58,929 nucleotides of DNA, taken from IMG/VR virus record IMGVR_UViG_3300033183_000056, positions 1-58,929 of that record; one strand, given 5' to 3'. Origin of the DNA: a virus (taxonomy: Duplodnaviria > Caudoviricetes). Under the pieces are notes generated by a model that searched no databases, was not told the DNA's origin, and saw nothing but the letters and a program-made list of their open reading frames with translations. A program made the position numbers and the translations under genes. Shown in pieces: positions 9,333 through 19,410 of the stretch. Numbering within the stretch: position 1 is the stretch's first letter; every line of letters starts with the position of its first letter.

Positions 9333-9800
9333 TTACTTGTTATTGACCATGTATACAAGTAAAAACAGAAGACCTGCTCCTGTTAGTATTGACAATGTTA
9401 TTACAACCCATTCAATAAACTTTTGTCGGCGTTCTCTTTGTCTATACAAAGTCTCTTTTCTTTGTGTACGGATGTTGCCTTCCATACGAATAAGTTCATC
9501 CCAAGCCTTACTGCCCATAGTAAGTTGTATCCATTGTTTAAGTTCATCTCTTTGCTGTTGTGCTTTCTTTTTTGCAGCAAATGCTTCAATGGCTTCCTGT
9601 TCGATAGACTTACCAGCAAATAACTTTTTAAATATGGGTGGGTTCTTTGCTTCTTTCTCTGCTTGGTCTAAATCAGATAACGCACTCATCCATCTTGACA
9701 AGTCACCTGCCATAGATTCAATATCACGACCAATAGCGAAACCTTTTTTAAGTGCGCTAAAGGCTGAACTGGCAATTGCCATTGTTGTCACTGGGTCCAT
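9333..9800 (-). CDS. Hypothetical protein with C-terminal transmembrane helix
   Basis: Coiled N-terminal part, hydrophobic C-terminus. Confidence 0.7.
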   Translation of the reverse strand: MDPVTTMAIASSAFSALKKGFAIGRDIESMAGDLSRWMSALSDLDQAEKEAKNPPIFKKLFAGKSIEQEAIEAFAAKKKAQQQRDELKQWIQLTMGSKAWDELIRMEGNIRTQRKETLYRQRERRQKFIEWVVITLSILTGAGLLFLLVYMVNNK

Positions 9801-10027
9801 TAGTACACCTTTACAGAGTTTTCTTCTATGTATTTAGGTACGCAATATGCGGTAACACGGTCTCGTTCATCCACCCAATCACGATGGGTGTAGTTTCCAT
9901 AACGTCTTGACAATTCAGAGGCAAAGAAGTTACAATCCGTAACACTCCTGAAATACATATCTCCACTAACGAGGTAACGGCTTTCTCCAGTTCCGATGTA
10001 AACAAGTAAGAGGAAGACGTGGAGCAT
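9800..10027 (-). CDS. Small protein with hydrophobic N-terminus
   Basis: Probable start MLHVFLLLV at 10027; two Cys. Confidence 0.6.
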   Translation of the reverse strand: MLHVFLLLVYIGTGESRYLVSGDMYFRSVTDCNFFASELSRRYGNYTHRDWVDERDRVTAYCVPKYIEENSVKVY

Positions 10028-10031
10028 ATCA

Positions 10032-10346
10032 TTAACTTGTATAACTCCCACCTTTTTCTTTATACTGTTTAGCCAGCATCTGTGCTTTACGTGCAGACCA
10101 TTGACCAGGTTTACCACCCTTACCGCCAGCCTTAATGCTTTCAAACAAACGCTTACGCATGGTAGGTTTGGTATAGTTACCTGCTTTATTAACACTACTG
10201 CCTTTAGATTTCTTAACAGTGTTTTTAGATTTACCAGCCTTAGACAGTGCAATAGCAATCGCTTGCTTTTGAGGTTTGCCCTCTTTTTTAAGTGTGCGAA
10301 TATTCTTGCTAACTGTTTTAGCCGATTTACCTGATTTTAATGCCAT
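10032..10346 (-). CDS. Basic protein containing a DUF5872 N-terminal-like motif
   Basis: NYTKP..GGKPGQWSARKAQMLA..YK..GG.Y. Confidence 0.65.
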   Translation of the reverse strand: MALKSGKSAKTVSKNIRTLKKEGKPQKQAIAIALSKAGKSKNTVKKSKGSSVNKAGNYTKPTMRKRLFESIKAGGKGGKPGQWSARKAQMLAKQYKEKGGSYTS

Positions 10347-10348
10347 GA

Positions 10349-10549
10349 CTATGGCCTACGAGAACGTGCTTTGCCGTAGCCACGCATCTTTCCACCGTAA
10401 GACTTTTTCATAATCTTACCGCCATATGCGTAACTCAGCTCATCAAAGTCAGGGTCAAGAAGAAACTTGTCATCTTGAGCGTCCTGAAGTTCTTTCATGA
10501 GTTCTTCGTATTCACGGTCTTGTTCAGATTGCTTTTTATCTTTAGCCAT
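10349..10549 (-). CDS. Small protein with acidic N-terminus and basic GG-motif C-terminus
   Basis: YAYGGKI..SYGGKMRGYG. Confidence 0.65.
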   Translation of the reverse strand: MAKDKKQSEQDREYEELMKELQDAQDDKFLLDPDFDELSYAYGGKIMKKSYGGKMRGYGKARSRRP

Positions 10550-10550
10550 T

Positions 10551-11150
10551 TTATTTACCCCTTACTGCTCCATAACCTCGCATGGCTGCACCGCAACCAA
10601 CTTTACCGCCCATGTTGCGTTTAACCATACCACCTTTTTTAACAACTGTTTTACCAGCCATAGTATTAATCATTTTCTTTTGTTTGCTAGAAAGTGAACC
10701 ACCACGTTTAGCAGCAACGTCACCTGCACGAAGACCACTCATGCTACCAGAGTTTGAAGATGGTTTCTTCTTGGGCATACGTTTTTTAGCACGTTCTTTT
10801 AGTGCTTCCATTCCAGTTTTCTTTTCGATGGTTTCTTTAGCCTTCTTAGGTGTAGGTGTAGTTTGCGCACCTGAATCTTTTACCTCACGGCGAAGAGCAG
10901 AGGTTACTGTTTCCTGCTGACCTTTAGTGCCTTTCAACATATTCATCATCGTTTGAGACATACGACCATAAGGACTGCCTTTGGTATTGCCAGGAACGCT
11001 ACCAGCCTTTGGCATCTTGATAGATTGACCAACACGAATCATGTTAGCGTTCTTAATGTCTGGGTTTGCCGCAAGAAGGGCTTGGATAGTTGTTCCATTC
11101 TTTTTTGCAATTTGTGACAGAGTGTCACCACTTTTTACTTTATAAGCCAT
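10551..11150 (-). CDS. LysM-domain protein
   Basis: [33 protein letters not shown]. Confidence 0.9.
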   Translation of the reverse strand: MAYKVKSGDTLSQIAKKNGTTIQALLAANPDIKNANMIRVGQSIKMPKAGSVPGNTKGSPYGRMSQTMMNMLKGTKGQQETVTSALRREVKDSGAQTTPTPKKAKETIEKKTGMEALKERAKKRMPKKKPSSNSGSMSGLRAGDVAAKRGGSLSSKQKKMINTMAGKTVVKKGGMVKRNMGGKVGCGAAMRGYGAVRGK

Positions 11151-11151
11151 T

Positions 11152-11808
11152 TTAATTTGCTCCTACTATTAGATTGTTATCTGCACCTGCAGGGCTAGAT
11201 GGCATTTGCATATCATCCCTACGTGTGCGTCTTGCTTGATTTTTTAAAGTATTTAATGCTTCTTGATACCGTTGTTCAAAAAGTTGAATTGCGTTGTAGT
11301 TTTTCATAAAGACCATTGCTTCAACCATACAGGCATTAAACAACGCATCATAGCAAAAGTCTGAAAAATAGTTATTAGGTGTAGCCGAAGCCAATGTGGT
11401 AGGTCTTGAGATATGTACCACCTCACCGTTAAATGTTGAAACTGGTGTAGGAGCAATCAGAACAGTTGTGTTATCACGTCTTGCATAATATTCTGGTGTA
11501 CCTGTGCTTGCGCTTACAGGCCAGTAATCTCGAATATATTCATCTGTTCTTTGCAGTAGATTGATTCGTGTGCCATTGGACACAATGTTTAAATTCTTAA
11601 CAATGCGTGTGCCAGATGGTAGAGTAACCTGATTTACTCCTGAAGACACAGCCACAGATGTATACGTAACCAAACCATAATCGTCTAGGTCACGAGTAAG
11701 ACGTTCCTCTGCTCTATTTACCATCTTGGGAATATAAGCAAGAAACTCTGTTCCATCATTTTCTGTGGCTTGTGAAATATCATCCACAAGATAAGTATAA
11801 TTAGCCAT
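11152..11808 (-). CDS. Head-tail adaptor
   Basis: AEERL.R.L, G.PEYYA, IAPTP motifs; follows the capsid genes. Confidence 0.7.
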   Translation of the reverse strand: MANYTYLVDDISQATENDGTEFLAYIPKMVNRAEERLTRDLDDYGLVTYTSVAVSSGVNQVTLPSGTRIVKNLNIVSNGTRINLLQRTDEYIRDYWPVSASTGTPEYYARRDNTTVLIAPTPVSTFNGEVVHISRPTTLASATPNNYFSDFCYDALFNACMVEAMVFMKNYNAIQLFEQRYQEALNTLKNQARRTRRDDMQMPSSPAGADNNLIVGAN

Positions 11809-12106
11809 AATAAATTGCTACTGTTGCGGTTGAGGTTGGGGCAGAAACTTTTACGACACCATAGGTTTTAATGCCATAATCTGGAATCATGATGTCACCT
11901 GCATCTACTACAGTGGTTGCAACAAATTTAATGTTGTTACCATTTGTATTGCCATGCTCGTCAGTTTGACTGCCAGTAATTGTAAATGTACCAATGCCTG
12001 AATAGGTAATACCTTTAATTCGTGTATCAGCAACAGTTGTGTTAGTGGTTGTGTCAAGAACAGCACCGCTGCCTGTAACAAACCCTTGTCGAATATTTGT
12101 AGCCAT
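11801..12106 (-). CDS. Small beta-rich virion protein
   Basis: ORF downstream of the capsid terminator/promoter. Confidence 0.55.
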   Translation of the reverse strand: MATNIRQGFVTGSGAVLDTTTNTTVADTRIKGITYSGIGTFTITGSQTDEHGNTNGNNIKFVATTVVDAGDIMIPDYGIKTYGVVKVSAPTSTATVAIYYG

Positions 12107-12152
12107 AGTTCATCCTTGTTAGTTAGTTGTTGACTATCTTTATATTATACAC

Positions 12153-12192
12153 AAAAAAAGAGGGATACAAAAGTGTACCCCTCAATTTTTTT
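12153..12192. terminator. Intrinsic terminator after major capsid gene (bidirectional form)
   Basis: A7-GAGGG..TACA/TGTA..CCCTC stem followed by a T run. Confidence 0.75.
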
Positions 12193-12213
12193 TAGATTTT
12201 GTAGACGTTAGTC

Positions 12214-13155
12214 TTAGGAACCTGCGGAACCGTAGAAGCTACGCCAGTCTGACCAACCGAATGAGTAACGCTCACGTGCTTTAAAGCGGAGGTTACCAGT
12301 GTCGAAGTCAGGCTCCATCTTGGTCTGCAGAGGTGCGCGAACAAACATCTTTGCACCGTTAGGGCAGTCCGTCTTGAGGAACCAAGCATTGGTATCGGTA
12401 AAGCGGCGGTTTACAAAGAAGCCACCAGGTACCAGACCTTGGTTACGGATGGAGTTGATGTCATTGACGTTGGTAGCACCGTTAGTGCTGGTACTTGGGT
12501 TTACGCCAATGGTGGTTGACATCGTGCTGTTTAGAATCTGGTCAGCAGTAAATGCCAAGTCTGAAGGTACGTGCAAGGACTTTGCTTGCAGGCCAATTAG
12601 AATCCCACGGTCATCTTTAGCCTTAGAGACTGAAATCAGTGCAGATTCCAATGCTGCTTCAGACAGGTCAGTCGCACCAATGTAGTTTGACTGAGTACCT
12701 GCACCAATGGTTGGGTGCGAGGCAGAGAACAGTGCAACACCGTCACCACCTACGTAGGAAGAACTAAAGCCGTTATTGAAAACGTCTGCAGCCTTAACCT
12801 GCTTGGTGTTCGCCATGGCACGAGCGAGACCACGTGCGCGGAGTTTTGCGAAGGTGTCGTAGAGGTTGTCTTCCATTGCCTCTTCGGTCACTGCAAAAGC
12901 CAGTGCAACGGTTTCGTGTGTGTAGCGAGCAGTGTAGCTCTCTTGTGCATCGTCATAGGATACAGCAGAACCTTCACCTTTAACAGGTGCAGTGCCGAAG
13001 CCTGTGAAAAGCACTTCTTCTTCAAACGCACGGTCTGAGTTTTCTACGTCAAACAGTGGTGCGTGTTCGTCAGCAACTTCCCCATACTCCATACCGAAGA
13101 CGGCATTGAGACCAGGGAGCAGCTCTTTTGCGATACTTGCGCGATTAATAGCCAT
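12214..13155 (-). CDS. Major capsid protein (HK97 fold, Mu gpT-like marine type)
   Basis: MAINR..KELLPGLNAVFG, DGVALFSASHP, FDTGNLRFKARERYSFGWSDWR; biased codon use. Confidence 0.92.
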   Translation of the reverse strand: MAINRASIAKELLPGLNAVFGMEYGEVADEHAPLFDVENSDRAFEEEVLFTGFGTAPVKGEGSAVSYDDAQESYTARYTHETVALAFAVTEEAMEDNLYDTFAKLRARGLARAMANTKQVKAADVFNNGFSSSYVGGDGVALFSASHPTIGAGTQSNYIGATDLSEAALESALISVSKAKDDRGILIGLQAKSLHVPSDLAFTADQILNSTMSTTIGVNPSTSTNGATNVNDINSIRNQGLVPGGFFVNRRFTDTNAWFLKTDCPNGAKMFVRAPLQTKMEPDFDTGNLRFKARERYSFGWSDWRSFYGSAGS

Positions 13156-13174
13156 TTTTCATTCTCCCTTTCAA

Positions 13175-13786
13175 TTAAAACGCAGAGGAACCACCAGAAA
13201 CTGGTGCAGTTACGATTGCGTCATGGAAGTTGTCAGTATGCTGTACCAAGCGTACATTCATTTTAAGATATGCACGTTCAGTTGCACTGTCAACATCGTT
13301 ACCTGGCTCATTTACTGGGTCAAGCGCACGAACCATAGCAATGGTTGAGCTACGACCAGCAGCCTGAACACCGTGACCTGACATACCTGTAAAGGTAGAA
13401 CCAGAGCCAAGAGTAACTGCAAAGTTCTGTGAACCGTAAAGGTCACCAACAGTTACAGATGCGTCAGCTTGTACTTCAAAAACAGCACGTGCATCATCAG
13501 CTACCATAGCATAAGCATCAGTAGCAGAAGTTGAAGCAGGCCAGTACTTGCTAAACTTTTGCTCACCGTTTGCTACGTAACGGCAACCCATGAACACACC
13601 TTGTGCTACCTCAGTAGCAGTAGTAATGACTTGGACTTTCCCTGCATTAATGCGGACCAAATCTCCAGTGAAGATGTTGGCAGCGTAGCCTGAAGCAATT
13701 GGATACTCGTTTTGAGCATCATTGTTTACGTTGCTACCCCGCTTGCGAGAAGGTCGGAAGCCAAACAGTGATTTAGATGTAGTCAT
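13175..13786 (-). CDS. Capsid decoration / minor capsid protein
   Basis: FGFRP..Y.IASGY..IF.GD.V..GVF.GC.Y; directly upstream of the MCP gene. Confidence 0.65.
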   Translation of the reverse strand: MTTSKSLFGFRPSRKRGSNVNNDAQNEYPIASGYAANIFTGDLVRINAGKVQVITTATEVAQGVFMGCRYVANGEQKFSKYWPASTSATDAYAMVADDARAVFEVQADASVTVGDLYGSQNFAVTLGSGSTFTGMSGHGVQAAGRSSTIAMVRALDPVNEPGNDVDSATERAYLKMNVRLVQHTDNFHDAIVTAPVSGGSSAF

Positions 13787-13842
13787 TGTTTTCCTCCTAA
13801 AAGATTAAATATGACACTTACTAAGTTCCGACCCTATCCAAT

Positions 13843-14334
13843 TTAGTCTTGGAATTTTGCGGTTCGCCCCTTAGTAACTTGTGTTTTACTATTGTTGCGA
13901 ATTGGCATACGAGAATCATTCTGCCCCATAAGTTGTGCATTAACTGCATCAACCATTTCACGGCTTTGATTTTCAAAATATGCCTGACGATTCTGTGCTT
14001 TTTTCAATGGCATCTTAGCAAGAGCCAGGTCTCCACGACAGACCGCACCTGTGTATCGTCCTTCTTCTCTCACGAAAGAAGTATGCGCTAGTTCAGGAAC
14101 CTCATCCACTGAAACAAATTCCCAGCCTTCAGCAATACGCTTGCCTACGTTTTGATAGTCATCCTGTCCTTTTTGTAGAACCCGAATCCACCGCAGTTTC
14201 AAGCCTTGGTCTAGGAAACGGTTTTCTAATGAATCAGGAATATCAAGAAGATTTGGTTCACGATATTCGTAATCTGCTTCTCTTGTGTTGAGTTCACGAG
14301 CCTCTGCATTACGTGATGTTGTGTTTCGTGTCAT
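13843..14334 (-). CDS. Conserved head-module protein
   Basis: RWIR..N...R..EGWEFV..G.L.LAK.P. Confidence 0.65.
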   Translation of the reverse strand: MTRNTTSRNAEARELNTREADYEYREPNLLDIPDSLENRFLDQGLKLRWIRVLQKGQDDYQNVGKRIAEGWEFVSVDEVPELAHTSFVREEGRYTGAVCRGDLALAKMPLKKAQNRQAYFENQSREMVDAVNAQLMGQNDSRMPIRNNSKTQVTKGRTAKFQD

Positions 14335-14335
14335 T

Positions 14336-15313
14336 TTAATAACCTCCACGCTGATTAATGTTGGTGTATTCACCGTCTGCTTTTTCTACTTTTAGCTTTT
14401 CGGCTGCGTACTGTTCAAGTGGTATCCCCCATTTCTCAGCAAGGCGCACATCTTCTTGAGACAATTTAACCTTACGTCCAGAACTAGGGTTGGGAGTGCG
14501 TGACGCTCCTGCTACAACCTGAGAAGCATTGGTCGGTGCTTCAGTCCGTGCTTGCGTCTGCGAGGGTTCAAACCGATTGGGGAATGTTGCCTGTAGACGT
14601 TTGTCAATTTCTTCGTAATACTCATCGTCAGAAGGGTCATAACCTTCGTCCTTCATGCCTGCATCAATTTGCAATGCAGCCTGAGTAAGAATTTGGTCCT
14701 GTCCAAACCAAGGATTACGCCCTGCCCATGCAATGGCTTTAGGGTCATAAGCCTCTTGTGCTTGCTGTTGAGTTTGCTGTCGGCGTTGTGCTTCTAATTC
14801 AAGTTCTTGTTGATACCTGTTGTAAGCATCTTGGCTCTGTTTAATCTGTGCTGATTCAAACTGAGCATTTGACATTGCCTCTTGTGCTGCAAGCATCTGG
14901 TCGGCATCACCGCTTTCTACGGCTTGGCGATAGGCTTTCTTAGCAAGTTCCAACCTGTCACCAATCTGACGTTCATTAGAATCAAGAGTTTCTTTTAGAC
15001 TTTTATTGTACTCTTCTTCTTTTGCTTTTAAACGCTGCTCTAGTTCTTCTTGGCGTTTCTGCAATTCAGCAATTTGCTGCTCACGTTCTTTACGCTGTCG
15101 AACCAGTTGGCGAATACGTTTCTGTGCGCCAGATTCTTTTTCTTCAGTTTCTTCTTCCTGCCCTTGCTTTGCGGTTTGTTCCGAAACATTATCAGTATCC
15201 TCAAAGTCTAGTTCAGGTTCTTCAGGTTGAGATTGGTTTTCAATTTCAAACTCTACCTTTTCTTCGTCCTCTTTTACGGTTGAGGTATTTACCGTTGTCC
15301 ATTCATCAGACAT
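14336..15313 (-). CDS. Capsid scaffolding protein
   Basis: Acidic coiled coil; W..RNPWFG, YY.EID.RL, V.LS..V.LA.K.GIPLEQYA. Confidence 0.75.
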   Translation of the reverse strand: MSDEWTTVNTSTVKEDEEKVEFEIENQSQPEEPELDFEDTDNVSEQTAKQGQEEETEEKESGAQKRIRQLVRQRKEREQQIAELQKRQEELEQRLKAKEEEYNKSLKETLDSNERQIGDRLELAKKAYRQAVESGDADQMLAAQEAMSNAQFESAQIKQSQDAYNRYQQELELEAQRRQQTQQQAQEAYDPKAIAWAGRNPWFGQDQILTQAALQIDAGMKDEGYDPSDDEYYEEIDKRLQATFPNRFEPSQTQARTEAPTNASQVVAGASRTPNPSSGRKVKLSQEDVRLAEKWGIPLEQYAAEKLKVEKADGEYTNINQRGGY

Positions 15314-15407
15314 ATTTTTCTCCTTTTACGTCAGTTGCGATACCTGACGAGTTACGCTTGATTATTATATTACACTAAAAATTGTGTATATACAATAGTC
15401 AGTGTCA

Positions 15408-15824
15408 TTAATTTGACAGATTAAATGTAGGGTCTAGTTCTTTAGGGTCTGAGATAACCATAGAAATCTGGTCATCAAAGAGAAGGATAAGCCTTACTCC
15501 CTTATAAAAAAACTTTTGGCCTGAATGTTTTCCGTAACAGACATAATCTCCAACAGAACACCAAGGACCTTTCGGAAACTTGTCTTCATCTTCATACGCT
15601 GTTTCACCAATTGCAAGAACTTTACCTACAGTGGTAAGATAGGCAATATCATTTACAGTAGAATCTGGTAGAATGATACCGCCTTTTGTTTCTTTCTTAA
15701 CGGATACGGGCCGCACCAATAGGTGATAACCTGGGATACGAGGAAGGACTTCAGGGTCTGGTGCTTCACCAGCAGTAATCCATTCGTCATTCTTCATTGC
15801 TTTGTCCATAGCGACTGCTTGCAT
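15408..15824 (-). CDS. groES: GroES-like co-chaperonin
   Basis: LLVRP..ETKGGIILP..G.VLAIG..VGDYV..DD.I. Confidence 0.85.
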   Translation of the reverse strand: MQAVAMDKAMKNDEWITAGEAPDPEVLPRIPGYHLLVRPVSVKKETKGGIILPDSTVNDIAYLTTVGKVLAIGETAYEDEDKFPKGPWCSVGDYVCYGKHSGQKFFYKGVRLILLFDDQISMVISDPKELDPTFNLSN

Positions 15825-15826
15825 TT

Positions 15827-16018
15827 TTACTCCTCATCGTCTTCATATATCATTTTGTTTACCAAACTTTTGATTTCAACACGAGCAAATTCAAGCCCTT
15901 GTATTCTTCCTACCAAGTTTGTATACGTATGATAATCCGAAGCCGTTCCAGATGCAAGCGAATTTTTTAGAGACTCGATTTCTTTTACAAGCATCTTATC
16001 TATTTCTTCATATAACAT
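15827..16018 (-). CDS. Small conserved head-module protein
   Basis: L.SG...DY..Y..LVG.I.GL. Confidence 0.65.
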   Translation of the reverse strand: MLYEEIDKMLVKEIESLKNSLASGTASDYHTYTNLVGRIQGLEFARVEIKSLVNKMIYEDDEE

Positions 16019-16884
16019 TAGATTAGTTTCTGGTAATTAGTACCATAAGGGTTACGTTCTATGCGTCCACCTGATTTTTTTTGAACAATTTCTGATATGC
16101 GTGGAAGGTCTGCCAACCCTGCTTCAGCATTAATAGCCCTAACCTCTGCATCAGAAAGAACGCGATTGACTTTCATCTCACCGCTAATAATCCAGTTACC
16201 TGTCATATTAGGATTTGTTTTATATCGGTAATGTCCACGTTTAGGAAGTTGGTCAGTAATATGTGCAGTCTTCATATCAGGTGTACCATCTTTTTTAATT
16301 CTAGCTCTTTGATTTGCTACAGATTGCCAATCAACATCTGCTGGCATTTCTACTTCTGCCCATACTTGATTGTCTTCACGAACATTAGGTTTAAACTTAG
16401 GGTCTTTAACACGCTTACCAGTAGCAGGGTCAATCTTGCCACCAATATGTGTAGCGATAGGAAAGTCGCCAGCGTGCCATCCAGGTCTATAGGCTAATGG
16501 ACCAAGAGTAGACTTTACTTTACCTGTATCTGTCAATTCACCTGCAGTTGCTTCCAACCATTTACCAATTGGAACAGGTTCTTTTGCATTAACAAAAAGT
16601 GGATATAGTTGTCCGTCTTTACCAACTCTAAAAAGTTTATAAGCCTTGATAGTTTTTTGTGGTGGCTCATAATCATGAACCTTAACTTTTTGTGTATTTT
16701 CTAAAAGTTCATCAGAAACCTTTACTGCGGCTGTCTGCTTCTCACTCATATTAGCAAGAGAAGCTAAACCCTCACGTGCTTGTTTAACTGCTTTAGGTGC
16801 TGCTTTCTTTGCAGTTTGCTTTGCACCTGACTTCATAGCAAGTTTTACAAGTTTACTGAGTGCCACTTTGCTTGCTCCCTTCAA
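16018..16884 (-). CDS. Stand-alone polyvalent-protein-type domain (possible ART-like fold)
   Basis: KAYKLF..LYPLFV..LAYRPGWH..VWAEVE..YRYKTNP..W.I.G.MKVNRVL. Confidence 0.5.
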   Translation of the reverse strand: MKGASKVALSKLVKLAMKSGAKQTAKKAAPKAVKQAREGLASLANMSEKQTAAVKVSDELLENTQKVKVHDYEPPQKTIKAYKLFRVGKDGQLYPLFVNAKEPVPIGKWLEATAGELTDTGKVKSTLGPLAYRPGWHAGDFPIATHIGGKIDPATGKRVKDPKFKPNVREDNQVWAEVEMPADVDWQSVANQRARIKKDGTPDMKTAHITDQLPKRGHYRYKTNPNMTGNWIISGEMKVNRVLSDAEVRAINAEAGLADLPRISEIVQKKSGGRIERNPYGTNYQKLI

Positions 16885-19360
16885 TTAACATCTTAGTAAG
16901 AATGTCTGCAGCCTTCATTGCTTCTTGCTGGTCAATGTTTTCTTGTGTCTTAATCAGGTCAGCAATAAGTTTGAGAGCCTCAATTGCACGTTTATTGTTG
17001 CGGTCTGCTTCTTTTTCGTCAGCACGGAGAGTATTCTCTGCACCAATCTTGTAAGCATCCAGTGCCAGTTTCTGTTCTTTAATGTCAAGGTCACGTTGCT
17101 TGAGTGCGCCTTCAACAGATTCTTTAGCAAGTTGTGCTTGAACCTTTTGCTGTTCAATGTCAAGACGCTTGGCTTCCATCTGAACCATTGCCTGTTCAGG
17201 AGTAGGACCACCTTGCATAGCGGCTTGGTTAGCCATCATGACTTGTTGTGCAGCCTGTGCCATAACTTGTTCGATAACCATTGGGTTCTGCAGATTCGGG
17301 TCACCCTGTGGAGCCTGAGACATCATCTGACGTGTCAAACCATTAACTTGCTCTTCGTACTTCATAACCATATGTTCTTGAATGTTGGCTTGCAGTACAG
17401 GAGCAATTCGTTGCATGATTGGGTTTGCACCATTCATTGGGTCTTGCAAGTACATTGTCTTGACCTGAATATGTGCATCATGGTTCTGACCTGCAAAGGC
17501 TTTGATAGGTAAGCCTTTAACTGCTGCTTCAATATCTGATACAGGGTCAAGAGGTTGTGCTGCAAGTTTATCAGGCAGAATCTTATCAAGGTTAGGAATG
17601 TTAGCCGCATTGAGAAGAGTGCGATTTAGTTCTTCCATGTTAAACATTCCAGGAGGTGCAGTCTGTGCCAACTGCATTGCCATCTGTGTCATCATCAAAC
17701 GATGTGCAGACGAAGGAATGTTGGGGTCACTTACAGGAATGACATCTACACGACCATCAAAGTCTCTGCGGAATACGTTCTCTGAAGTGCCAGGGACATC
17801 GTAGGGGTACTTGTTCGGTAGGCTCTCATAGTTAATACGAGCCAGAATCTTAAACTCATCCTTCTGTGCTTTGTGCAGTCGCTTATGGATTGCGCTAAAG
17901 AACTTGCTGGATGCTTCAAGCAATGCCATGGTTGTACCTACAGGACCATAGTTGGAACCGTCTGCAATAACCTGTTCAGTTGTGTCTGCAAACTTTTGAC
18001 CTGCACCAGAGATAAATGTAAGCATTTGGAAAAGTGTGGCAGAAGGTTCTTTGTATGGCAAAGGTACAATAGACTTGGTTAAGTCCATGCCAGTTGCTTC
18101 TACTTCTTTAAACTCGCCAGGGGCAATAGGGTCATTGTCACCTACAATGCGAACACCTTTGGCTTTGAAACCACCAGGAAGGTTTGCAAATTGACCTGCA
18201 TCAATCAGATTACGCAGTGCTGCAGTTGCAGACATTGTGAGGTTACCAAGGAAGTGAATGAGACCAAGACCATAGAAACCAAAGCCAGGAACAAAGCGAT
18301 AATGCGTAAAGAACATTTTCTTTTTCTTTGTCTTGTCTTCTTCATTCCAGTTACGGCGAATTGCTAAGACCTTACGCGATTGTTCTTCAATGGTTACAAT
18401 GTATGGGCAGGCATAGCCATGGTCTTCAATGTCAAGATAGCAATGTTGTTCCAACAGTACATACTGTGGGTCATTGTCACCTGTTGGAGACAAACCTAAA
18501 ACTGTATCCATTTTCTCTGTAAGGGCTGACTGTTCAGGCTGATATGGCTTTGGCAGGTCAATGTCAGTATACATACCTGCTTCAATCTGCCTGTACAGTT
18601 CATGCGGACTGCGATATATCACATGAGTATATCGGTCCGCCCTGCGTAAGTCTGTGGCATAGTAGGACACGTAGAATTGGTCTATGGGTACAAACTCACT
18701 AACAGGGCGTTCTTCTGCTGCGTCATAGTAAATCTTCTTAAACGCAGAACCAATTAGTGGGAGGTGGAAGAGCATCCGTTCAAACTCGTCAAAGTATTCA
18801 GGCATCTGCTCAGTCAACTGATAGTTCATAAAGTTCTGAACACGGTTAGCCTGTTTCTGACGCTGTTCTGTAACGTCACCTAGAATCTGAGCCTTTACAG
18901 GACCAGATGCAGGAAAGAGTTCTTGTGATGCACGTGATTGAAACTTTACTGCAGATTCAATAAGGAGAGGATGTACTGCAGTTGCTGCGCCTTCAAAAGG
19001 CTCTGTTGTTTCTTCAAGTTTTAAACCAAGCAAATCAAAGCCACGTTCAAACATAGATTCCCATTCGGAGCGAGAATCTTTATCTGCTTCAAACTTGTCA
19101 TAGACTTCAATGCCGATTTCAATAAGTTGGTCTTCGTCCAGTTTCTCTGCAAGGTTTTCATAGAAACCATCATTGATGTCAATCTCTACACCTTCGTCAG
19201 ACATCTCAATGTCTACATCGCCAAACTCAACCTCTACTTCGCCAGTATCGGGGTCTATTTCGATGCTTACATTGTCTGGTGTGGTGTCTCGTTCAACATC
19301 CAGTTGAATAACATTATTCCCTACAGGAATTTGGTCATACGGATTTCGTTCAGTTGCCAT
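16853..19360 (-). CDS. Portal protein
   Basis: SRSEWE, HPLL.E....FQ, MNYQL, GSAFKK.YYD, GFGFYG.GLIH motifs; adjacent to TerL. Confidence 0.9.
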   Translation of the reverse strand: MATERNPYDQIPVGNNVIQLDVERDTTPDNVSIEIDPDTGEVEVEFGDVDIEMSDEGVEIDINDGFYENLAEKLDEDQLIEIGIEVYDKFEADKDSRSEWESMFERGFDLLGLKLEETTEPFEGAATAVHPLLIESAVKFQSRASQELFPASGPVKAQILGDVTEQRQKQANRVQNFMNYQLTEQMPEYFDEFERMLFHLPLIGSAFKKIYYDAAEERPVSEFVPIDQFYVSYYATDLRRADRYTHVIYRSPHELYRQIEAGMYTDIDLPKPYQPEQSALTEKMDTVLGLSPTGDNDPQYVLLEQHCYLDIEDHGYACPYIVTIEEQSRKVLAIRRNWNEEDKTKKKKMFFTHYRFVPGFGFYGLGLIHFLGNLTMSATAALRNLIDAGQFANLPGGFKAKGVRIVGDNDPIAPGEFKEVEATGMDLTKSIVPLPYKEPSATLFQMLTFISGAGQKFADTTEQVIADGSNYGPVGTTMALLEASSKFFSAIHKRLHKAQKDEFKILARINYESLPNKYPYDVPGTSENVFRRDFDGRVDVIPVSDPNIPSSAHRLMMTQMAMQLAQTAPPGMFNMEELNRTLLNAANIPNLDKILPDKLAAQPLDPVSDIEAAVKGLPIKAFAGQNHDAHIQVKTMYLQDPMNGANPIMQRIAPVLQANIQEHMVMKYEEQVNGLTRQMMSQAPQGDPNLQNPMVIEQVMAQAAQQVMMANQAAMQGGPTPEQAMVQMEAKRLDIEQQKVQAQLAKESVEGALKQRDLDIKEQKLALDAYKIGAENTLRADEKEADRNNKRAIEALKLIADLIKTQENIDQQEAMKAADILTKMLIEGSKQSGTQ

Positions 19361-19410
19361 TTATTTACGTGTCCTATCAATTTATGTGTACTGATTTTCT
19401 TATTATACAT

